Shown piece by piece: positions 1 to 7,641 of a stretch of 64,000 nucleotides of DNA. How positions within the stretch are numbered: position 1 is the first letter of the stretch; each line of letters starts with the position of its first letter. The notes under the pieces were generated by a model that made no database searches, was not told the origin of the DNA, and saw only the letters and a list, made by a program, of their open reading frames with translations. Origin of the DNA: Clostridia bacterium (lineage in GTDB: Bacteria > Bacillota > Clostridia > Oscillospirales > CAG-272); the NCBI GenBank assembly GCA_017399305.1, contig JAFQDK010000038.1, positions 97 through 64,096 on the forward strand, written 5' to 3'. Both the position numbers and the translations under genes were made by a program.

Positions 1-627
1 AGAATGTTCGATGATATGGAAAAAGAAGGGCTGAAAGTGCCAACCGTGACAGATGCAATGCGTACATACGCAAAGCAGTATGCACTTTTCACCGGCTATC
101 TTGGCAGACTTCGCCGAACATTCGGATACACTTTTGAAGAGGCGCGCAGAGTTGTAATGCGTTCGTGTGCGGTACCCTGCTCTTCTGAGCATCAATGGGG
201 TGTTGCGGTTGATATGTACCACCTTGACATGACCGAATACGGCACAAAAAAGCACCACTACTTTGACATTACTCCCGAGTGGGCATGGGTGCATGAAAAC
301 GGCAAAAAATACGGCATTGTACTGCGTTACCCTGCAGACAAGACCGATCTGACAGGCTGTATATATGAGGCATGGCATTTCAGATACGTAGGCAAAACTG
401 TAGCGCACATACTCATGGCAAGAGGCATTACGCTTGAAGAATACATGGGAGCAAAGCTCGGACTTTTAAACCTTGATTCAAGCGTTACGGTGAAGAGCGG
501 AGCCTTCCATTCGATAACCGCATTTTCACGCGATACAGGACTGCTTCAGCTTACAGGCAAGCATTTTATATCTGTATCTGACAATGTGACGATTACCGAA
601 AAAAGTAACGAGTTATCCGAATGCTAA
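1..627 (+). CDS. D-Ala-D-Ala carboxypeptidase, M15B (VanY-like) family, 5'-truncated by the window edge
   Basis: SEHQWGVAVD (SxHxxGxAxD) and YEAWHFRYVG (ExWH) zinc-peptidase motifs; the frame is open from base 1. Confidence 0.85.
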   Translation, partial: RMFDDMEKEGLKVPTVTDAMRTYAKQYALFTGYLGRLRRTFGYTFEEARRVVMRSCAVPCSSEHQWGVAVDMYHLDMTEYGTKKHHYFDITPEWAWVHENGKKYGIVLRYPADKTDLTGCIYEAWHFRYVGKTVAHILMARGITLEEYMGAKLGLLNLDSSVTVKSGAFHSITAFSRDTGLLQLTGKHFISVSDNVTITEKSNELSEC

Positions 628-628
628 A

Positions 629-660
629 TAAAAAACACCGCCAAATGGCGGTGTTTTTTA
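629..660. terminator. Bidirectional intrinsic terminator
   Basis: TAAAAAACACCGCCA-AA-TGGCGGTGTTTTTTA between convergent genes. Confidence 0.9.
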
Positions 661-885
661 TAGAGTGTCTTCAAGAACATCAATCAGGTGTATGGGGTCA
701 AGCTGCGCCTCTGTGCAGAGATTTGCAAAATGCAATGCATCTTCGTACTTGGCAAAAGCATCTGACACGTGCGCTTTAACCGCATTTTGCTTTTTGTCTT
801 CACATATAACAAGAATACCGTACGAGCTATAGCGCCCGTTTTCTTTAGACACAAAAAACTCTTTAACGGGTAGATATCGGTACAA
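658..885 (-). CDS. Small conserved clostridial protein (DUF6514-like)
   Basis: YGI...VSD...A..F...C....LDPIHL.DVLED pattern; TTG start at 885 preceded by GGAGG, downstream of the ORF-track start at 918. Confidence 0.7.
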   Translation of the reverse strand: MYRYLPVKEFFVSKENGRYSSYGILVICEDKKQNAVKAHVSDAFAKYEDALHFANLCTEAQLDPIHLIDVLEDTL

Positions 886-1099
886 GCAGCCCAACCTCCT
901 CCCTGAATGTTTCAACATCTAATTTAAGAAATAATATCAAACGAAGCATTACTAAAGAACCTGGAAGTTTTTCGCCCTTTTCAACACGCTGATACCAGCG
1001 AACCGAAACTGAAACAGCCTCTGCCACTTGCCGTTGTGTATATCCCATAGCATCTCTGGCATGATACACTTCTGTGGAGAACTTTGAATTGATTGGCAT
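863..1099 (-). CDS. XRE/Cro-family HTH transcriptional regulator
   Basis: R..MGYTQRQVAEAVSVSVRWYQRVEKGEKLP helix-turn-helix; RBS AAGGAGGT. Confidence 0.9.
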   Translation of the reverse strand: MPINSKFSTEVYHARDAMGYTQRQVAEAVSVSVRWYQRVEKGEKLPGSLVMLRLILFLKLDVETFREEVGLLVPISTR

Positions 1100-1278
1100 A
1101 TTATACCACCTCCTTTTTGGGTAAGAGGAATAATATACCTATTCATGCGAGAGGCAAACGGCGCAGTAGTTCGCCTTGTGAAAAATGACGAAAAATTTCT
1201 TTTTCAGTCGATAAAAAATCAGCAGCAAAAGAGGGTTATTCCTCAAAAATTCAGCGGGTTTTTGTAGAGTTCCGCTAA

Positions 1279-1319
1279 AAAACAAATAGGCGTGGGACTT
1301 TCCCACGCCTATTTGTTTT
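1279..1319 (-). terminator. Intrinsic terminator downstream of the 139-aa secreted protein gene
   Basis: AAAACAAATAGGCGTGGGA...CCCACGCCTATTTGTTTT long inverted repeat. Confidence 0.85.
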
Positions 1320-1358
1320 GCTTGCTTAAATTTTGTCTTTGATGATTTTTAAAAAGGA

Positions 1359-1778
1359 TTAATAGATTGCGTCACACGCCTGACTTATGTAGTCACAAAC
1401 ACCGTTGCGCCATACCTCACACTGGAAAACAAGCTGATAACCGTTTCCGGGAACGATGTTTGGCACCGTTCCATGGAAAGAATACATATTAAATGAGTCA
1501 ACCGTCATGGTAGGATCGGTCCACTCTTTAACAATGCGCTGAGGATTCTCGTCCATCGCGATAAGGCGGATGGAGGTGTTCATCATTGTTGCGCCTGTGC
1601 GAATTGCAATATCAACATAGCAATGCGCGGTGGTACCGTCAGCATCATGTGACAATGTCACAGTTGATGTGTTGCTCCACTGTGGCTCAATAATATCGGG
1701 CAGAGCTGCAAAAGAATTGCAGGTAAAGCAAGAAAGCATCAGAAGACAAGCAAGCAATAAGCAGTTGATTTTTCTCAT
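1359..1778 (-). CDS. Secreted hypothetical protein, likely target of the upstream ECF sigma
   Basis: Signal peptide (MRKINCLLLACLLML...SFAA), beta-rich mature part; third gene of a sigma/anti-sigma/target triplet. Confidence 0.75.
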   Translation of the reverse strand: MRKINCLLLACLLMLSCFTCNSFAALPDIIEPQWSNTSTVTLSHDADGTTAHCYVDIAIRTGATMMNTSIRLIAMDENPQRIVKEWTDPTMTVDSFNMYSFHGTVPNIVPGNGYQLVFQCEVWRNGVCDYISQACDAIY

Positions 1779-1785
1779 AAAAAAA

Positions 1786-1842
1786 CCTCACTTTCGCTAT
1801 ATTCATTAATATATACGAAAGTGAGGCTCGAATTTTGACAGA
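1786..1842 (-). promoter_or_regulatory. Putative ECF promoter overlapping an RBS-sequestering hairpin
   Basis: Minus strand TGTCAA-N17-CGTATA; perfect 11-bp inverted repeat CCTCACTTTCG (1786-1796) / CGAAAGTGAGG (1816-1826), whose downstream arm is the RBS. Confidence 0.55.
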
Positions 1843-2523
1843 TTATTTGATATTTTTTGCTATTTTTGTAATTTCTTTTTCAGGAAGTGAAGCGGTTATG
1901 GTAAAAGTACGGTTATCATCACCATAAATCAGCTTAATATAATTCATTTCTTGCTCATTAAGAATATATCCACTCATACCGTCCACTTCAAAAGGTTTAG
2001 CCAACATATCCTCTGTATCAACGCTTGATTTACTGAAAGGGCTAAGATACAATAGTATTTTTATTTCTTTTTCCCCATTGCTAAACACCTTTTCGTTCCT
2101 AGAATAAGTTTCATTTTCACTTGATAAATAATACCCACTGGGGAGATATGTTATTGTGTAATCGCCAATCTTATACTCAAGGCTTGTTGTTTTATCATTG
2201 AAAGCGAAAAGTACATATTTTTCAAAGAACGAAACTACGGTTTCGATTACGGTTGCGCGAACGGTGGGCTGGAACATCAGCACTGCAAACGTTATGCTGA
2301 AAGCAATCGCTATCACTGCAACAGCACGGCTGATTCCTTTAAATGACGTTCCCTTTTTCTCGGCGCGGCGAATCTCGCGCGCAATCTCGCGGCGCTGTTT
2401 ATCGGTGGGAGGTATTACCTCAACGTCCATTGCCTCAAGCTCGGCAATATCCAGCTCGGCGGCTTCTTGAATAGCTCTTTTCAAAAACGCCTCTTGGAGA
2501 GCATCATCATATTTATTTTTCAT
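1843..2523 (-). CDS. Anti-sigma factor, single TM, DUF4367-like extracellular domain
   Basis: Overlaps the ECF sigma stop; one TM helix; YLPSGY and LPEKEITKIAKNIK C-terminal motifs typical of DUF4367 proteins. Confidence 0.8.
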   Translation of the reverse strand: MKNKYDDALQEAFLKRAIQEAAELDIAELEAMDVEVIPPTDKQRREIAREIRRAEKKGTSFKGISRAVAVIAIAFSITFAVLMFQPTVRATVIETVVSFFEKYVLFAFNDKTTSLEYKIGDYTITYLPSGYYLSSENETYSRNEKVFSNGEKEIKILLYLSPFSKSSVDTEDMLAKPFEVDGMSGYILNEQEMNYIKLIYGDDNRTFTITASLPEKEITKIAKNIK

Positions 2524-3077
2524 TTGTTATGCACCTCCATTTTCTTTTTCAAAAGTTTCTTTGCGCGGTATAACCTTGTTGCAACATTCTCATATGAGAT
2601 GTTCAACATTTTTGAAATCTCTTTTTCGTCAACTTCGCAAAGATATTTTAAATACAATATATTCTTATATGTATCGGGCAACGAATATATACACCGCACC
2701 AAATTTTTGTATCCCTCGTTGTTTATCACAACGTCAAGCGCGGATTCCTGCTTTTCGTCTATAGTTGAGGCATCAAAAACGCTTTCCATATCGACCGTCT
2801 GCTTGCCGCTTTGCGAACGGAGAAAATCAATTGCCATGTTCTTGGTAGCTACAGTAACATATGTTTTAACCGACTTTTCATTGTCAATCTGCAATTTACT
2901 GCTGCTTTTAATAAGCTTTAGCATAGTGTCATGCACTACATCTGCCGCGGTCTCCCTATTGCAGGTAACCTTATATGCCGCCGCAAACATGATATTATAA
3001 TACTTCTCATAAACATATTCAATTTTTCGCTTTTCTTCTGCAGAAGAACACAGGGACAAATATAATTGAATCATCAC
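2520..3077 (-). CDS. ECF RNA polymerase sigma factor
   Basis: Region 2 (ADVVHDTMLK, KNMAIDFLR) and region 4 (LPDTYKNILYLKY...EISKMLNIS...VATRLYRAKKLL). Confidence 0.92.
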   Translation of the reverse strand: MMIQLYLSLCSSAEEKRKIEYVYEKYYNIMFAAAYKVTCNRETAADVVHDTMLKLIKSSSKLQIDNEKSVKTYVTVATKNMAIDFLRSQSGKQTVDMESVFDASTIDEKQESALDVVINNEGYKNLVRCIYSLPDTYKNILYLKYLCEVDEKEISKMLNISYENVATRLYRAKKLLKKKMEVHNK

Positions 3078-3105
3078 GTGTTACCTCTCCTATTTCTTCA
3101 ATTAT

Positions 3106-3138
3106 ATTATACAATATTTGACACTTTTGTCAAATATT
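3106..3138 (-). promoter_or_regulatory. SigA-type promoter of the ECF operon with an overlapping 11-bp inverted repeat
   Basis: Minus strand TTGACA-N16-TATAAT; AATATTTGACA-CTTT-TGTCAAATATT at 3113-3138. Confidence 0.65.
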
Positions 3139-3167
3139 AAAGCACCGTATAACTTATACGGTGCTTT
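3139..3167 (-). terminator. Terminator-like inverted repeat at the end of the GRE operon
   Basis: AAAGCACCGTATAA-C-TTATACGGTGCTTT overlapping the activase stop codon. Confidence 0.7.
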
Positions 3168-4086
3168 TTACGTTTACCGGCACTGCATTTGAAAGAATCG
3201 GCATAAGTTCGTTTTTAATATATTCTTTAAATGTTTTAGCATCAAAGTCTTGTGGGATAAAAATATCGTCTTTGCCAATATCCCGCGCCTTTGCAAGTCC
3301 TGTCGTGTGGTATGGCTGTATATTGATTTCAAGCAGATTATCAAGAGAATTTGCAAGAGAGGCAATATACTTAAAATGCTCGGCTGTGTCATTGACACTT
3401 GGAATTATCGGGCAGCGCAAAATGATTTTTGCCCCACTTTTATCAAGCATCTTCAAGTTGGCATGAAGCTTTACGCCGTCGCTGCCGATATACTTTCTGT
3501 GTTTTTCGCCCGGCATCATTTTGCAATCAAACAAAAAGATATCGGTGTATTCCTTTGCACGAAGCATATCTTCAATGTCGGCCGCGCCTGATGTTTCAAC
3601 TGCGGTGTGCAGACCTGCCGCCTTTGCCGCTTTAAGCAGCTCTATCAAAAACGCGCTTTGTAAAAACGGTTCGCCGCCGCTTACCGTCATGCCACCGCCA
3701 TTTTTATAAAAATCTGCATCACGGAGTACCGCAGAGATTACCTCATCAACGCTTTTTTCTCCACCGGTGACCTCAAGCGCACCAGTGGGACAAGCATCGG
3801 CACAAGCAAGGCAACCAACGCATTTTGCGCGGTCTATGGTATGTTTTCCGCCGCTAATAATATGCGCGCCATGCTGACAAACGGTTGCACATTCGCCACA
3901 GCCAATGCAGCTGCCTGCGTGATAAAAAAGCTCTGATTCTTTTTTCCACGATTCGGGATTGTGGCACCACGCGCATTTCAAGGGGCATCCCTTTAAAAAC
4001 ACCGTTGTGCGTATACCGGGTCCGTCATGAAGGCTAAAGCGCTGAATGTCAAACACTCTGCCCATAATATCAGATACTGTGCTCAT
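3154..4086 (-). CDS. Glycyl-radical enzyme activating protein (radical SAM, with ferredoxin insert)
   Basis: HDGPGIRTTVFLKGCPLKCAWCHNPE; two CxxCxxCxxxC motifs; SGGEP. Confidence 0.95.
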   Translation of the reverse strand: MSTVSDIMGRVFDIQRFSLHDGPGIRTTVFLKGCPLKCAWCHNPESWKKESELFYHAGSCIGCGECATVCQHGAHIISGGKHTIDRAKCVGCLACADACPTGALEVTGGEKSVDEVISAVLRDADFYKNGGGMTVSGGEPFLQSAFLIELLKAAKAAGLHTAVETSGAADIEDMLRAKEYTDIFLFDCKMMPGEKHRKYIGSDGVKLHANLKMLDKSGAKIILRCPIIPSVNDTAEHFKYIASLANSLDNLLEINIQPYHTTGLAKARDIGKDDIFIPQDFDAKTFKEYIKNELMPILSNAVPVNVKSTV

Positions 4087-6196
4087 TTCGGTCTATAATC
4101 TCCTGCTGCATTTCCGGCGACAGCTTGGTGAAATATGCAGAAAATCCGCCAACGCGCACAAGCAGGTCACTGTGGTTCTCGGGATGCTCGCGTGCGTCAA
4201 GCAAGGTTTCTCTATCAACGGCGTTAAGCTGAAGCTGAAAACCGCCAAGTCGCATAAATGTACGCACAAACTCAAGCATTTTATCCTCGTTTTCGCCCTG
4301 CATACAGCTTGGCGTAAACTTCATATTAACGGCAATACCACCAAGGAAATTGCGATGATCCCAAGAAAGGGTTGATAGCATTGCGGCGGTCGGGCCTTTG
4401 GTTTCTCTGCCCTGCACCGGACTTGAGCCTGACGAAAGTGGATAGCCTGCGTGTCTGCCATCGGGCGTCGCTCCGGTTCTTCTACCAAAACGAGCATGCT
4501 CATAATACGAAAATGCGCCCGGTATCAATGTTGCGCCACGATAGGTATAAAGCCCCTTGCAGCCAGAAAGGATGCTGTCAGAGAGACGCTTTGCAAGAGA
4601 ATTTGTAAACTCGTCATCCGTTCCGTAATGCGGCAATTTATTGACAATGCGCAAACGCAATGCCTCGTTACCATCAAAATTATTCTTCAGGATTTCAAGC
4701 AGTGATTCAACTGTATATTCGCCGTTTTCATACACAAGTACATTTATCGCGGCAAGTGAGTCTACCACATTTGAAAATCCAAGGAAATTGGGTTCAACAA
4801 AATTATATATCGCGCCGCCTGCATCAACCGCTTTGCCAAGCTTAAGACAATCATCGGTAAGGCAGGAAACTCTCGCGCTCTCCTGACCGTTGCGTGCACG
4901 CTCCATCTGTGCACGGTTCATATCTATATTGCGGCGCGCAATCTCGCTGTGAAGCACACCTTCAAATACACGGTAAAAGTCATCAAACGACTTTGTCCCA
5001 CTTCCGTTTTCCATAGCGGTGAGCAACATTGCGGCAAGATTGTGATAAGGCGAGACAACGTGTATGCCCGACTTGCCCACAGGGGTTATCTCAACGCAAC
5101 CTGTGTTGCAATAATTATTTGCATCACTGCGCGGCATACCTGCACGCATAAGTCCCTCTATGATTATGCGGTCATTAAAAAGCGCCGGCTGTGCACAGCC
5201 AATGGCATTGAGTCTGATAGCCTTTTTAATCAGCTCATCACTCATATCATCAGTGACGGCAAGGCTGACCTTGCCATTTGCACTACGCGCATATTCGATA
5301 GCCTCGATTGCAATATGTGTGACCTCGTTCTCCACGGTTTTGCCGTCCTCGGTTGTACCGCCGACCATTGCATCAAGTGCAACATTTGGCAGTATGTATG
5401 CTTCAGGCATCAGCAAAAAGCACGCATATAGCTCAACAGCATCCTCATGCGTGAGCCTGCCTGCGGCAACATCGGCATTGTAAAGGTCAATGAGATAGCG
5501 GTCAACTCTGCCAAAGTAGTAAAGATCCCACATTGTAACATTGTAAAAATGTATTGCTTCAAGCCCCTCGCGGAAGGTGCGCGGCGGCTGTGCAGGAACT
5601 CTGTCCATCATCTCGGCGATATCAAGCAGTTCCTTTTTCTTTTCGCCATCGGCTTCTTCGGCAAGCGCTCTTGCCTTTTCAGCATAGCGATGCTGAAGGC
5701 GGATAAGTGCTTCAAGCTCTACCTTGCAACACTCGTAAAACTCACATTTTTCAATGTTTTCGGGAATGTTCATATCAAGCGCCGCCATGCGACAGTTTAC
5801 TTCGTCAAGCAAACCGTTTACGCCGACACGCACAAGCTTTGCATAGTCAAGTGCCATGTGCGCCGCGGTGATGTGCGCCCCTTGGGGTGAAAACTTCATG
5901 CCCTTGGCGAGCTCGTCATATTCCTTTTGTTCCTCATCAGTGAGCGGTGAAAGATCAGGAAGACCGACAATCAACTCGCCGTCATTGATGACAGGCTCCA
6001 TGTTGTCAAGCAAATATGCCTCGGCATGCGCACGGCGAAGTCGGTATGAATAAAGATTTCCGTTCTGCGACAGCGCGCGCATATAATTTAACCTCTGGCG
6101 GCGCTGGCGATTAAAGTTTACCCACTCTGTAAAGACAGGCCCTGTCTTATAAAAGGCGCGAAGCGAGTTTATTCTATCTATTGCAGACTGTTTCAT
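4070..6196 (-). CDS. Glycyl radical enzyme (PFL2/dehydratase-like superfamily), substrate unknown
   Basis: Cys loop NYCNTGCVEITP, Gly loop LLVRVGGFSAYF, GATPDGR; cognate activase adjacent; lacks the Cys-Cys pair of true PFL. Confidence 0.92.
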   Translation of the reverse strand: MKQSAIDRINSLRAFYKTGPVFTEWVNFNRQRRQRLNYMRALSQNGNLYSYRLRRAHAEAYLLDNMEPVINDGELIVGLPDLSPLTDEEQKEYDELAKGMKFSPQGAHITAAHMALDYAKLVRVGVNGLLDEVNCRMAALDMNIPENIEKCEFYECCKVELEALIRLQHRYAEKARALAEEADGEKKKELLDIAEMMDRVPAQPPRTFREGLEAIHFYNVTMWDLYYFGRVDRYLIDLYNADVAAGRLTHEDAVELYACFLLMPEAYILPNVALDAMVGGTTEDGKTVENEVTHIAIEAIEYARSANGKVSLAVTDDMSDELIKKAIRLNAIGCAQPALFNDRIIIEGLMRAGMPRSDANNYCNTGCVEITPVGKSGIHVVSPYHNLAAMLLTAMENGSGTKSFDDFYRVFEGVLHSEIARRNIDMNRAQMERARNGQESARVSCLTDDCLKLGKAVDAGGAIYNFVEPNFLGFSNVVDSLAAINVLVYENGEYTVESLLEILKNNFDGNEALRLRIVNKLPHYGTDDEFTNSLAKRLSDSILSGCKGLYTYRGATLIPGAFSYYEHARFGRRTGATPDGRHAGYPLSSGSSPVQGRETKGPTAAMLSTLSWDHRNFLGGIAVNMKFTPSCMQGENEDKMLEFVRTFMRLGGFQLQLNAVDRETLLDAREHPENHSDLLVRVGGFSAYFTKLSPEMQQEIIDRNEHSI

Positions 6197-6197
6197 A

Positions 6198-6932
6198 TTA
6201 ATAATTCAAGCCTCCGTTTATGTATATCGGCATACCTGCAATCCTATTGCTTTTATCCGATGCGAGAAATGCCGCAAGGTCGGCAATTTCGTCGGGATGC
6301 GCCATTCTGCCAAAAGCACTGTTCCATGCATCCGACTTGCCCTCTTCCCACAGCATCATCTCGGTGGTGACGGGACCGGGGGCGATATTCTGGAGTACCA
6401 CGCCGTGCTTGAACAGTACCTTGGCAAGCCCAAGACACATACCGCGCACGCTCCATTTTGATATGCCATAAGGCGTGATATGCGGCTGATGTCCGCACTC
6501 GGAACCGATGACGATTATCTTACCCTTGAAATCGCCCTCGTTGTTTTCAAGATAGTAATTTGCGGCAGACTGACAGCAGAAATATGCACCTTTTACGTTT
6601 ACGGAGAAGATTCTGTCCCATTCTTCCTCGCGTACCTGCAAAAACTTTTCACGGTCAATAACGCCTGCATTGTTGACTACCACATTCAGGCCGCCCATGT
6701 ATTCGGCGGCTTTTTTCATTACGTCAGGACCTTTTGAAACGTCGGAAACATCCCACTCAATGGCATATGCATTTGCGCCAAGCGCCTTAAGTTTCTCTAA
6801 CACCGGCACAAGAGTTTGCATATTTCTGCCTGTGATTACAAGGTCTGCCCCCTCTTTTGCATAGCAAAGTGCTATTGCCTCGCCAATACCGCGGCTTGCG
6901 CCTACGATAAGCGCCTTTTTACCTTTCAGCAT
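6198..6932 (-). CDS. Short-chain dehydrogenase/reductase (SDR)
   Basis: GASRGIG, NNAG, YGISK (YxxxK), IAPG; 1 nt from the GRE start codon. Confidence 0.93.
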   Translation of the reverse strand: MLKGKKALIVGASRGIGEAIALCYAKEGADLVITGRNMQTLVPVLEKLKALGANAYAIEWDVSDVSKGPDVMKKAAEYMGGLNVVVNNAGVIDREKFLQVREEEWDRIFSVNVKGAYFCCQSAANYYLENNEGDFKGKIIVIGSECGHQPHITPYGISKWSVRGMCLGLAKVLFKHGVVLQNIAPGPVTTEMMLWEEGKSDAWNSAFGRMAHPDEIADLAAFLASDKSNRIAGMPIYINGGLNY

Positions 6933-7127
6933 ATCAAAACCTCCGAAAAGATATAATTATCCATATCTATTATACATTGAAAGTATAACACCGTAAATGC
7001 ATTTTTCGGTTATATTTGTAAAAAAAGGACCTTCATTTGAAAAATGAATTCTCAAAAAATGTTGCTTTTCTTTGCATTTTTTGCTTTAATTGTATATAAG
7101 ATATATTTGTTTAAAGGAACGTGAGAT

Positions 7128-7607
7128 ATGAAAAAACTCAACGAAAAACTTGTAGATTTGCTATGCGAAAAGGGCTGGCACATTTCATTTGCCGAATCTT
7201 GCACCGGCGGAAAAGCCGCCGCAGGCATTGTTGATGTCGCAAATGCATCGGCGGTTCTCGATGCCTCGTTTGTAACCTACTCAAACGAAGCGAAAATCAA
7301 GTATCTTGGCGTTTCTCCCGACACTATTGCAAAAAACGGTGTTGTCAGTGAAGAGGTAGCAATTGAAATGGCAAAAGGCACAGCAAAAGCAAACAATGCC
7401 GAAGTCGGTGTCGGCATTACAGGCATTGCAGGTCCTACAGGAGCTACTAAAAACAAGCCAATCGGCATGGTGTGTTTCGGGTTCTATATAAACGGAGAAT
7501 GCCATACTGCAACAAAGCAATTTGGCGCAATTGGCAGAAATACCGTTCGCGACGCAAGTGTAGACTTTGTATACGATACGCTGTGTGCAATACTCTCTGA
7601 AAACTAA
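7128..7607 (+). CDS. CinA C-terminal / nicotinamide-mononucleotide amidohydrolase (PncC family)
   Basis: AESCTGG, VTYSNEAK, GVVSEEVA, ITGIAGPTG, KPIGMV. Confidence 0.9.
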   Translation: MKKLNEKLVDLLCEKGWHISFAESCTGGKAAAGIVDVANASAVLDASFVTYSNEAKIKYLGVSPDTIAKNGVVSEEVAIEMAKGTAKANNAEVGVGITGIAGPTGATKNKPIGMVCFGFYINGECHTATKQFGAIGRNTVRDASVDFVYDTLCAILSEN

Positions 7608-7641
7608 AAAAACTGCAGCCCAAAGGCTGCAGTTTTTTTAG
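7604..7641. terminator. Bidirectional intrinsic terminator
   Basis: CTAAAAAAACTGCAGCC-CAAA-GGCTGCAGTTTTTTTAG. Confidence 0.9.

Noticed and set aside
1-627. VanY-like peptidase as a vancomycin-resistance gene
   Set aside because: No vanHAX or vanRS genes in the window; M15B carboxypeptidases are common housekeeping wall enzymes. The upstream context is not visible.
4070-6196. Calling the GRE pyruvate formate-lyase, CutC or HypD
   Set aside because: It lacks the PFL Cys-Cys pair, and there are no microcompartment or P5C reductase neighbours; specificity residues cannot be confirmed by eye.
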